Assembly (NCBI GenBank): GCA_002269645.1
Contig: NIVC01004039.1
Coordinates: 1-64,000 of the forward strand
Length of the DNA: 64,000 nt
Direction: 5' to 3'
From: Macrostomum lignano
Taxonomy: Eukaryota
The position numbers and the translations under genes were made by a program. The notes beneath the pieces were generated by a model, which saw only the letters and a program-made list of their open reading frames with translations, was not told the origin of the DNA and searched no databases. Below are positions 45,067 through 64,000 of the stretch, in pieces; within the stretch, counting starts at the first letter, position 1, and each line of letters opens with the position of its first letter.

Positions 45067-46164
45067 AGCCAAGTCCTGACCAAGTCTAAATTTTGATTTT
45101 GTTCGAGCAACAAATTAATAAAGTTAGGCAATTTTTTCATGTGCCTTTTACGCGCTATCAAAAAGACAATAAAATTACTCGGAATAAGGACATCAATATT
45201 GTACCTAATACTTGTTACAATTGATTCTTTGCCTAAATAATCACTCATTATGTAATATAGTAATCGATTTTTAATAAACTGACTTCTTAATGGTTCATTT
45301 TGCTTGATCATATGTCACACATGGCAGTCATTGAAAGCTTTATTTTTTGTCTGGTAATTTGGATCTACAATGTTTTTATAACTCCATAGTCATTTACTGT
45401 TTATAAATGAAAAGAAATTACAGGACTGTCACTAATTCTATCCCCGATCAGGTGTCAAGCAGTTTACCTGTCAAGCAGACCTATATTTTCCTAAATTGTA
45501 AAAAAAACCATTTTAACTTATTTTTCCTATTATTCTTGAAGTTTAAAGTTTTAAAGGTTGCTGCCAACGTGTTCTGTTGTATTGCAATTTTTTTTTTAAC
45601 AACTGTGCATAACTCAAGCTTTTGAGCAGTAAATGAATTATTTTAAATCATAAATTGACATCATAATTTTATTTAAAATGGCTTAGATTTAAAGCAGTTT
45701 TAAATAATTTCGATTCACATAAATATTTTTATCATAGTGTTAAAATTTAATAGTTGAAATAGTTCTGGCTATCAATAATTTTCTCTGCTCCTTTCTAACT
45801 AATTTGGTGCCGTGGACCTCACAAAATGCTGATGGGGTTTTTGACACCTTTTCCTGCTTGATTGCTTGGTTTAAGGTTTTTTGTCTGTTATCTTTTATAT
45901 AGCAGCTCCTAGCTAATTTCACGCGTTGCTGCTTCATGTTAGTGCTTTTTGCATTTGTTTTGCCAAAATTATATTTCATTTATCCGCTTCAAGTTTGCTG
46001 GCAGACTGCCGGACGGCGTTCATTGAACTTTTTGGTGTATATTTTGGAGGAATAAAAATTGCTAACCTACTGGGCCTGAGCTCAGTCTGAAGAAATTTGA
46101 GCTTTTGTTCTTTGCATTGGCTTTTTGTTTGATTCTCAAGTCCATATGAAGCAATTAATTATTG

Positions 46165-46866
46165 CCAGTGTCTATCTGCGGTAGCTGAGTGATTGTCAGT
46201 GTCTATCTGCAGTAGCTGAGTGATTGTCAGTGTCTATCTGCAGTAGCTGAGTGATTGCCAGTGTCTATCTGCGGTAGCTGAGTGATTGTCAGTGTCTATC
46301 TGCGGTAGCTGAGTGATTGTCAGTGTCTATCTGCAGTAGCTGAGTGATTGTCAGTGTCTATCTGCAGTAGCTGAGTGATTGTCAGTGTCTATCTGCGGTA
46401 GCTGAGTGATTGTCAGTGTCTATCTGCGGTAGCTGAGTGATTGTCAGTGTCTATCTGCAGTAGCTGAGTGATTGCCAGTGTCTATCTGCGGTAGCTGAGT
46501 GATTGTCAGTCTATCTGCGGTAGCTGAGTGATTGTCAGTGTCTATCTGCGGTAGCTGAGTGATTGTCAGTGTCTATCTGCGGTAGCTGAGTGATTGTCAG
46601 TGTCTATCTGCAGTAGCTGAGTGATTGTCAGTGTCTATCTGCGGTAGCTGAGTGATTGCCAGTGTCTATCTGCGGTGGCTGGGGGATGCTAGTAGGAATC
46701 TGCGGTAGCTGAGTGACGCCAGTAGGAATCTGAGGTAGCTGAGTGACGCCAGTAGGAATCTGCGGTAGCTGAGTGACTCCAGTAGGAATCTGCGGTAGCT
46801 GAGTGACGCCAGTAGGAATCTGCGGTAGCTGAGTGACTCCAGTAGGAATCTGCGGTAGCTGAGTGG
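46165..46866. repeat. 31-bp minisatellite switching to a related 30-bp unit, upstream of STAT
   Basis: cagtgtctatctgcggtagctgagtgattgt x~16, then ccagtaggaatctgcggtagctgagtgac(g/t) x~5. Confidence 0.95.
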
Positions 46867-46977
46867 CAGACAGCTATTCGCATTTGCAGTTTTCAATTCA
46901 CAATGCTGGCTAATTCAAAAAGCCGCTCCGCTCGGCACCGCAGGTTGTGACGCAGCCCAATTGTCATTTTCTGCCTC

Positions 46978-55434
<8,457 letters not shown>

Positions 55435-55446
55435 TTTAAGCTGAGC

Positions 55447-55745
55447 TTTCCAAGCCTCTGCATGTGCGGAATCTCTCCCTAATCTCATGAGAGATTTCCA
55501 AGCCTCTGCATGTGCGGAATCTCTCCCTAATCTCATGAGAGATTTCCAAGCCTCTGTATGTGCGGAATCTCTCCCTAATCTCATGTAAGATTTCCAAGCC
55601 TCTGCATGTGCGGAATCTCTCCCTAATCTCATGAGAGATTTCCAAGCCTCTGTATGAGTATGTGGGGAATCTCTCCCTAATCTCATGAGAGATTTCCAAG
55701 CCTCTGCATGTGCGGAATCTCTCCCTAATCTTAGGTGAGATTTCC
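55447..55745. repeat. 48-bp minisatellite starting ~12 bp after the STAT stop, ~6 copies
   Basis: Unit tttccaagcctctgcatgtgcggaatctctccctaatctcatgagaga. Confidence 0.93.
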
Positions 55746-56337
55746 AATGATCTGATTTGCTTCATTCTGGAATCATGCTTAAGATTTTAAAAAATCCATT
55801 TGGTTTGTTTGGAAATGTTTTAAGAAATAATGAAGATGCTTCAATATTTTTGTATCGTTTTTACTAAAACTTTTTATCTTAACTTTCCAACTAACAGAAC
55901 TTGTATTTTTGGAATTCCCTTCTTCTTAAAAGAACGATCAACACTTCGAGCGCCGTTAGTAACTAGGCAAAATTGTGACGAGTTTTAATTTAGTAGAACA
56001 TTTGGTGCCTGTCTAGTCTAAAATCTGTATTCTATGCCTACATTCGTTTTGCTGGGAAAATGTACTAAAATTCTGTGAATAGCTTTCTTTGTATTTTATT
56101 AGTGTAATAATAGGCACCATCCAAGTGCTATATATTCGTTCATAATGAATGTTTATCAAAAATTCAAAATTGACGCGTTAATTATTTGTTAAACAAGCCT
56201 TCAAGATCTGGGATATATTGCTGAAATTATTATGTACAGTAGCATATATTGTATTGCTGCTTCGCTTGCAGACGCCAAAAAGCTGCAATGAAAAGCCTTC
56301 TCAGTGTAATGCTCATAGATAAGCTCATTTTGGCGCC

Positions 56338-56770
56338 TTCTCCTGATTCTTGAGCACCCTCTCCTGATTCTTGAGCACCCTCTCCTGATTCTTGAGCACC
56401 CTCTCCTGATTCTTGAGCATCCTCTCCTGATTCTTGAGCACCCTCTCCTGATTCTTGAGCACCCTCTCCTGATTCTTGAGCACCCTCTCCTGATTCTTGA
56501 GCACCCTCTCCTGATTCTTGAGCACCCTCTCCTGATTCTTGAGCACCCTCTCCTGATTCTTGAGCACCTCTCCTGATTCTTGCGCACCCTCTCCTGATCC
56601 TCGGGCACCCTCTCCTAATCCTTGAGCACCCTCTCCTGATTCTTGAGCACCCTCTCCTGATCCTCAAGCACCCTCTCCTAATCCTTGAGCACCCTCTCCT
56701 GATTCTTGAGCACCCTCTCCTGATCCTCGGGCACCCTCTCCTAATCCTTGAGCACCCTCTCTTGATTCTT
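56338..56770. repeat. 21-bp minisatellite 3' of the GPCR, ~20 copies
   Basis: Unit ctctcctgattcttgagcacc. Confidence 0.95.
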
Positions 56771-57001
56771 GGGGTAGACCCCCTGCCACCCTCCCTGATG
56801 CTGGGCGTGGGCCGCCCGTCACCCTTTCCTGACCGAACTTTGACGCTGTGACTTCATCTTGAATTCTCTTGAACCCCTTGATTTTCACCTTTTGTATGTT
56901 GACAAATTATTAATTATCAAGTAACTTGTAGCATTCAAAATTTTAAGTCTTCTTATCGTTAAATATTGTTCTTTAAATCATTGGCTGTCCTGTTCAACTC
57001 T

Positions 57002-58833
57002 TTAAGTGCCGGTCACCAAGTCAACGAAACAGCGGCGGAGTCGTCGGCTGAACAGCAGGTACCAGAGCGGCACCAGCACCGTGTTGCAGTAGAACATGAT
57101 GGTGACTGTCTTGTGCACAGCCAGAAATTGTTGGGAACTCTTTTCGGCTGCCTCGGCCAGTAGGCCGGGCGCGCAGGTGACCAGGTAGGGCAGGGTCGGC
57201 AGCAGAAGCAGCAGGAAAGACACCAGGCTGCGCCGGACCGCCTGTCTCAGGCTCACTTGATCTCGGCGCCGTTTCAGCGCCTCTTGATGACTAAATCGGC
57301 GACTGCGGCTGATGTCCGTGAACTGAGGCTGTTGTTGTTGTTGTTGCTGCTGCTGCTGAGGCCACTCGGCTGAGGTTGCCAAACTGAGCCTTCGCGAGTC
57401 TAGCGAAGCCAAGCTCGGCTCGGCTGGCAGCTGCAGGAAGCTGTTCAACTGCATCATCGACGCGTCGCCGCCGCCGCCGGAGATGCGCTGGGGCCGGCTT
57501 AATCTGGCTCGAAAATTGGACTCGCGGTCGACCAAGATGGACACGGACTCCAGTCCGGTCTCGTAGCCAACCCGGACTGGTTGGCTCTCCGGGGACGGCG
57601 ATGTCCTTGCCAACGAGTGCAGAATCGCATAGTAGCCACAGCAAATGTAGGCCACCAGACCCACTACCAGGATGATGAGGAGTGCGTATGAGGCCACTGA
57701 GCCCGCGTTTGTCTCCTTGATCACCTGGTTTTCGTGCTCCAGCCTGTATGGAACGGTTGATTAGCGGTAAAGAGCCGGTAGCTTTGACCTCGAGTCGGCT
57801 TGAACTGCCAAGTCCTCTTTCTAAAGCCAGTTGTTAGCTAATCCATCTAGACCACTCACTGTCCTGTCTGTAGCCCCCCCATCTAGACCACTCACTGCCC
57901 TGTCTGTAAGCCCCCCCCCCCATCTAGACCACTCACTGCCCTGTCTGTGGTCCCATCTAGACCACTCACTGCCCTGTCTGTGGTCCCATCTAGACCACTC
58001 ACTGCCCTGTCTGTAAGCCCCCCATCTAGACCACTCACTGCCCTGTCTGTAAACCCCCTCATCTAGACCACTCACTGCCCTGTCTGTAAGCCCCCCATCT
58101 AGACCACTCACTGCCCTGTCTGTAGCCCCCCCCCCATCTAGACCAGTCACTGTCCTGTCTGTGGTCCCGTCTAGACCACTCGCTGTCCTGTCTGTAGTCT
58201 CATCTAGACCACTCACTGCCCTGTCTGTAGCCCCATTTAGAGTCACACTAGAGAGCACTGAACTACCGCAACTTGCAATGGTGAATGGTGCACCAACCCA
58301 GAGAAGGCAGGCACAGTAAGCGGCAGGAATCTATTCTGCCGGCACTCCGACAGCGGCCTGAACTGCAGCAGCACCAGGAGCGAGGACAGCAGCAGCGACA
58401 GCACCCAGTCCAGCATGAGCAGCTTTCGCACTAACGCCTTCTTCCTGCTCAGCGTCACCTGGAATTGGCCCAGAACCTTGCCGCGGAAGTAGGCAATGCA
58501 GCCGAAGCATATCAGATAGTGAAGCAGGCAGCAGACTATGATAAAACAGCTGAAGGTTTTCAGCACGACCGGCATTAGATTATGACAGGCTCGACGCTCC
58601 AGGCTAACGCGCAGTATGGACAGGCCGATATCCACGCTAAGCAGCAGGTCGATTGCGCAGAAATTCAGCAGCAGACCGTTCGGCGGCGCGTGCAGACAAG
58701 GCGACTTGACAATGGTTAGAATCAGCGCCGAGTTGACTGTCGCTGATAGAACGAATAGCACGGCTAAAACGCTCGTCTCCCCTACTATCATGTCTATTAT
58801 GTGGTGTATTCGATCTGCTTGTTCCGATGGCAA
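57002..58833 (-). CDS. Orphan rhodopsin-class (class A) GPCR
   Basis: Exon 1 ~58833 (first ATG 58791) to ~58298 gives TM1-4: VN in TM1, N..AIDLL in TM2, IAYFR at the DRY position. Exon 2 57743-57002 gives TM5, a long polyQ-containing ICL3, TM6 LPTLPY and TM7 NTVLVPLWY..SRRLR. The donor position is uncertain and must be phase 2. Confidence 0.8.
57845..58232. repeat. ~36-40-bp minisatellite in the GPCR intron, ~10 copies
   Basis: Unit catctagaccactcactgccctgtctgt(aagcccc/ggtcc). Confidence 0.94.
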
Positions 58834-59751
58834 CCTTTGCTGACAGCTGACTAGCTAAAGAGCTCAGTCTGCTAAGATCAGATGCTCAAGCAACGTGGAT
58901 GGCAATCTTCGATCCTCTGCAGTTTAAATTGCGCTTCCTTTATGAGCAGTTGCTTCTCCCAATCCTTTTAACTAATCACAATCTGTTGCGCTGTGCGGGC
59001 GGAATTAGTGCCGAGTTCAGTCGCGCAATCAGATGCTGTTTAAACACAATATCAGGAAGCGATGCAAAGTGGCGGCTGTGGTCTCCTAACTCTTGTGCCC
59101 ACGGCCCCAACGCCACTTCGCCTCTTTCAAGACCGTGTTAACGCTCTCGTGAATAGCGATAAGAGAGTTTGACTGCGGCCAACTCTGCATGTGGGCAGCA
59201 GGTCATGCGCGTTTCATCTCCTTCGTACTCGTACGATAAGTGACTTAGCTGTTTTACTATGTTTAGTTAAACACTGTTGCAGAAACAGCATTACAAAACT
59301 ATTCAATATGATCCGATATAGTATACAGTAGCGTATATAGTATTGTACCTACATGATTTACACCGTGTACTATATGATTTGCTGGTAGAGACCCATGCAG
59401 ATATGATTATTAAGGTCAGCAAATCTTTAAAGAGCATGGTGGTTCCTTAATTTCTTTTAATTCAACAGCATAATGTACGAGTACACAGTATATATGTACA
59501 TTTCGACTGTAACCAAATTAGTTCGTCGAGCACTGACGACCACCCCTGACGCAGCGGCTGCTGTCTGAACTTTCTCAAATCATCACGAACCTGTTGAAAA
59601 AAACATACACTGCTGTCTTGGAGGAAACCCTGTTGATGCACACACTCCATCGCATATTTAAAAAAATGTTTCCAACCCAAGAGAGGACCCGACGACCTTA
59701 TGGCCCTGTGAACCAACGCGGCATCGCCCTTAATTATATGTACATGTACCT

Positions 59752-60045
59752 TGCATGGCCAAGCTGCTCAACACAATCCTTCGAAATGGGCTGCTCCCTG
59801 GGCTTAACCCGCTTCTCAGCCTTCAAATGGCTTCAGACCTGACAGATCATCGACTAACCGTCCTACAGTATACCCACGTACATATATACTGGTACGAGTA
59901 GTCCCCTTGCTCGATCAAGAGCTTGCGAGCCCTAGCTAGCTGCCTCTCAGTGCGATTCTTCGACGAATGCGCCTGTCACTCGTTGGCCACGTCCTCAGAC
60001 GCCACAATAGAGGCAAAGCAAACCCTCTCGCTATAAATGGCTCTG
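59752..60045 (+). mobile_element. Non-LTR retrotransposon (RTE/L2-type) reverse-transcriptase remnant
   Basis: Fragments translate as AKLLNTILRNGLLPGLNPLL / NGFRPDRSST (early RT domain) and LPLSAILRRMRLSLVGHVLR (post-RT C-terminal motif); frameshifted and internally deleted. Confidence 0.65.
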
Positions 60046-62926
60046 CATGACTACCATGCACTGACATCCAGGCCATTGACCCATGTGACTGCCTCTTCTT
60101 GCTCCTCCCAACTCTTCAGAAAGTTGGGTGCGATAGACCGACCCTTCCGTGTCTGAGCAGTGAGCATCTGATCAGCTGATATTATTAATATTATATATTA
60201 ATCAATTGTTAGTTTATGTAGATTATTGACGCCGTATTCTTAAATAAATTTATAAAATTATTCCTAAAACTGTCGTAAAAATACACAGCCTTGACATCTG
60301 TTTAAGTAGTTTTTCTGAAAATTGTTTTACTAAAGATAAGGCTTTGGCTATTTTAAATGTTTATTATTTATTCGAAACGAGTTGCAGCGAGCCTGTCTTA
60401 TCCTGCAGAATCGTTCGTTAAATTCACTGTACGCACATTTTTTAACTATTGACATGAAACTTTCCAAAATTATGCTAAAATTATGCCAACATTTTAAAAA
60501 TGTTTTGGCTATTAAATTTCATTTGTGGGGGGTTGTAAGTTACAACCATATTAATACAAATATCGATGTAACTTTTATTCATTCATCATTTCAAAGTATC
60601 CAAAAATACCTTTTGAACAAGTATTTAATACATCGACTTATATTGGCCGAACAGGCTTTTTGCCAGAGCCAAACTTACTTACTCTACTACTACTAAAAAA
60701 GCTCACAACATAACATGGAACTTTGTGCAGAAGATTTTGACTTTTGAGTGATGTCTGACTTCAGGTAGCCTCTCAGACTGGAACACACTTGGTCTATATT
60801 GCTTTCTGGCGGAGCTGCTGTTCCTGTAGGCTTGTAAATTAGTTTAATAGCTCATTAAAATGCTCGCAATACCTTTGTTTGGCATTGGGAGAAAGATTCC
60901 ATGCTGTAGGCTAACTCGGCAATGTTGCAATTTGTTCAGATTCAGCAGCTCAGCAGCAGGTACAACCTCAGCAGCTGGGATTATAAATGGTTGTGCAGCT
61001 TGACGTCCTGCCATGACTTGCAAAATATTTTATATCTTAAGCAATTCTAGGTTGAGAAACCCCTCACTAAAACTTGCCCAAAAGTGTCTATGGCCTTTTA
61101 GGATGACGTGGCATGACAAGTCAGCATAAATTTAAACCCTCTGTGACACATTGGTGTGTATTCAAAAGTAAAAATAATTATGCGAAACAAACTGCAACAT
61201 TGCTGCTAATGCCTATATCATATTGGTATTCACCATCTCACATACTACCTGCATTTAAAAGCAAAAAATGGGCCTACTATGGATTAAATATTTGGTTTTA
61301 TTTGTTTTTTTTAAACATTTCATGTGTGCCACTATTAGCCTAGCTATCTAGACCTATGACTAGGCCTATTGCCTATTGCCTATAACACTACAAGTTATGC
61401 TATTATTATACTATGTATTAAGCCAAGTCCAGTACTAAGTGCTAGGCACAATTCTAATATTCAGATACTATTATTAGCATGTAATACTTTTTTGTTTTAG
61501 GTATTAGAATATCAAAGCCAATACTTTTTGACAATATAGGAGTTTGTTAGGAACTTTCAAAATAATTTTTAATTTTTTTAATAGTCTAATAGGGCCTAGT
61601 CTAATACTAATATTAATAAAATTTTGTACATTAAAACTATATTGAATAGAATTTTAAAAATTGAACTGGACAAATAATAAAAAGCTATATACTGGCTTTA
61701 ATAATATAATAATATGATAATATACAAAAGGTAAATATCATAATCAATATTATTTATATACTCGGCAACATTGAAAAGTCGCCACTCTATGCGCCAGTGA
61801 GCAATTTCTCTTTGACTTTTCTGAACTAAAAGATACGAGAAAACTGATTGGGGTAGCTTTTATCAGTTCAACCCTAGCACACCGCACTTGCCCAACTTCA
61901 TTCCTCAACCCAAGTAGCTAAGTTGCGTCACTTGCAAAGATTTAGAGAATTTACCTGCACTCTCAAAAGTGGCAACAGCTGACCACAGATGAAATCTTCT
62001 GTGATGGCGACTTTTTGATGTTGCTGAGTATATATAGCTTTTTATTATTAGTCTACTTCAATTTCTAAAATTATGTTTAATATAATTTTAGAAAGTAGGT
62101 AAGGCCTATTTGTTATCATTCTAAGAAAGACTAAAAAGCTAAGTCTTATTTAGCAAAGCCTAATATATTGCTATACTTGCTTATTTCTAAACAACAAAAT
62201 AACTTCTTTGAATCATTAATCAAATTTGTAAAAAGTCAAAAAAGTCAAACTAATAAAATATAACTTTTATTTCATTATAATGCTCTTTTTATAACAGGGC
62301 ACCTTAAGTTTTATTTTAGCTGAAATGGCATATTCCAAAGAGTATACTATATATAAACTCATTGTGTTGATACTTGATATTATTTAAGAAGCTTTCTATA
62401 TGAATACGAATCTTGCTTAAACTTTTTAAATGATTACCATGTTAGAGTCATAGTATTGATAATTTGAAGTCCTAAATTAAGTTTGTCTTATATAGCTATT
62501 TATATATTGCTTTATGGTAATATAAGCATGCTAATAATCTCATTAGATTTATTGCTTTATAATACAGTTGTTCATACACAGACCTTTTTACATATAATGG
62601 TTTAAATCTAAAGTAAGTTTAAACATAAGTCTAAAAGAACTTAAACTTGATGAAAGAAACTGAAACTATAGGGCCTAAGGGAAATTGGTATATGTCTTAC
62701 AAAATGCAAACTGTCTGTAATTTTTTTATAAGATGCTATAAAATAATACTTACACTTGATCAATTGTGGTGCCATAATTTGCTTTTAACTTCACTGCCAC
62801 AGAAGAATTATTTTTGTTTTTTTACTTTGCCATTTTTGAGCCTTCAATTTTTTTAAGCAACAATATCTGAACTTTCTACTTCAAGTAGCGCAAATCCTTG
62901 TTGCCCTCCTGACTAGCACTAGTTAG

Positions 62927-64000
62927 CCGCCGCGCATCGTACAGTTGCACAGTCAGCAGGCGGGTCGCCATGCAGCGCCCGTTCGGCGCGAGTGCCGCCG
63001 CCTCCCCAACCGCCGTCCAGGCGACTGCATCTTCGCCAGCTTCAACCGCGGTGGCTCCCGCCACCTCACCGTCAGCAGCAACATCAGGCGGTTGCGCGCA
63101 TTCATCAGCACCCTGCCTCCGCCAACTTGACGACGACCACTCTGCCAGGCAGTCGGGCCGCCGTGTCTGCCGGCAGTCCGACCCGGGTTGCGCCGCAGGG
63201 CGAGGAGAGCCTCCAATCGGGCCTGGCCTCTCTCAGCCCGCCGGCAGAGCCGCGTCCCCAGCCGCCGCTGCTGTCTAAACTGCTGCCGAGGCTTTCCCTC
63301 CCCTGACCCGGCCGAGGACAAAGTGGTGGCCTCCGCTACTCACGTGTTCCTGTCCGAGTCCGTGCCAGTGCAGGGCCGGCGCGGCTCGCAGCAGTTGCCG
63401 CCAAAGAGTCCGAAAAGTCCCCGAAGTCCCCGGCCGCCAAAAGGGGCCGCAGCGGCAGCCGCAGCTCCCTACCAACCTGCCGTTGCTTCTCCTGTGGCTT
63501 CGCCGCAGCAGCAGCAACAGCAGCCGCAGCAGCATCAGCTCCTTGGACCGCCTGCTAGTCCCACTACTGGTCATCAAAGTCTTCAGCATCAGCAGCATCA
63601 CGACCAGCAGCAGCAGCAGCAGCAGCAGCATCACGACCACCAGCAGCAGCAGCAGCAGCATACTTACGCTGTACCCTACGCAGGCCAGTTTCTGCAGCAA
63701 CAGCTTCAGCAGCAGCAACAGCAGCAGCTCGGCAGCCGTACCCGCTCCCATCCAAACCTGCTCAACGATTATGTAAACGTTGTGGACGCCTCGCCAGATA
63801 AACCGCCGCTGCCTCATCAAGGCGGTCAGCCTCCGCTTCCGCCGCCTCTTCATCCGTCTCTCCAGCATCCGCACCATCATCAGCATCATCATCAGCACAA
63901 TCAGCATCCGGACTCCTCAGGCGCGGCGCTGCACTCGCTCCGGCTTCAACTGGAGGCTGCGCAGTCGCGTGCCAGCCGAGTGGAGCTGTTGGAACGCGAG
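62927..64000 (+). CDS. Q/P/H-rich protein, incomplete (runs off the window); 5' part and start uncertain
   Basis: The frame from 63131 is open to the window end: ...DPAEDKVVASATHVF...polyQ...SRTRSHPNLLNDYVNV...PPLPPP...HHHQH...LRLQLEAAQSRASRVELLERE (start of a coiled coil). It is absent from the ORF track because it has no stop. The upstream frame 62992-63306 joins via a 1-nt shift at the C-run 63300-63303. Confidence 0.55.

Noticed and set aside
63275-63907. 210-aa minus-strand Leu-rich ORF
   Set aside because: It is the antisense shadow of the plus-strand CAG/polyQ frame.

Overview
Eukaryotic (animal) genomic DNA. The GC-rich exons, AT-rich intergenic patches and minisatellite-filled introns suggest a free-living flatworm such as Macrostomum; this is an inference, not a database match. 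Protein-coding loci: myosin regulatory light chain (-), a small single-pass membrane ORF (-), calnexin (-), SRP54 (+), a TSP1-trypsin serine protease (-), a USP36/42-like deubiquitinase (+), a divergent STAT (+), a rhodopsin-class GPCR (-) and a Q/P/H-rich ORF running off the right end (+). Most long introns and several 3' flanks carry their own tandem repeat. Mobile DNA includes a decayed mariner split by a solo LTR, a second solo LTR of the same family beside it in inverted orientation, putative hAT-like and Mutator-like MITEs, a 3.1-kb TIR element inside a (GACA)n tract, and a LINE remnant. The strongest lead is two independent arrays of RFX X-box motifs: a 47-bp minisatellite just 3' of SRP54, and a ~72-bp degenerate repeat inside the USP36 coding sequence in which only the X-box (peptide VAMVTGN) is conserved. 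Other leads are an SRP54 intron built of CAG|GT splice-site-like hairpin units, a myosin light chain that may take its start codon from the spliced leader, and convergent LTR promoters flanking a mariner.
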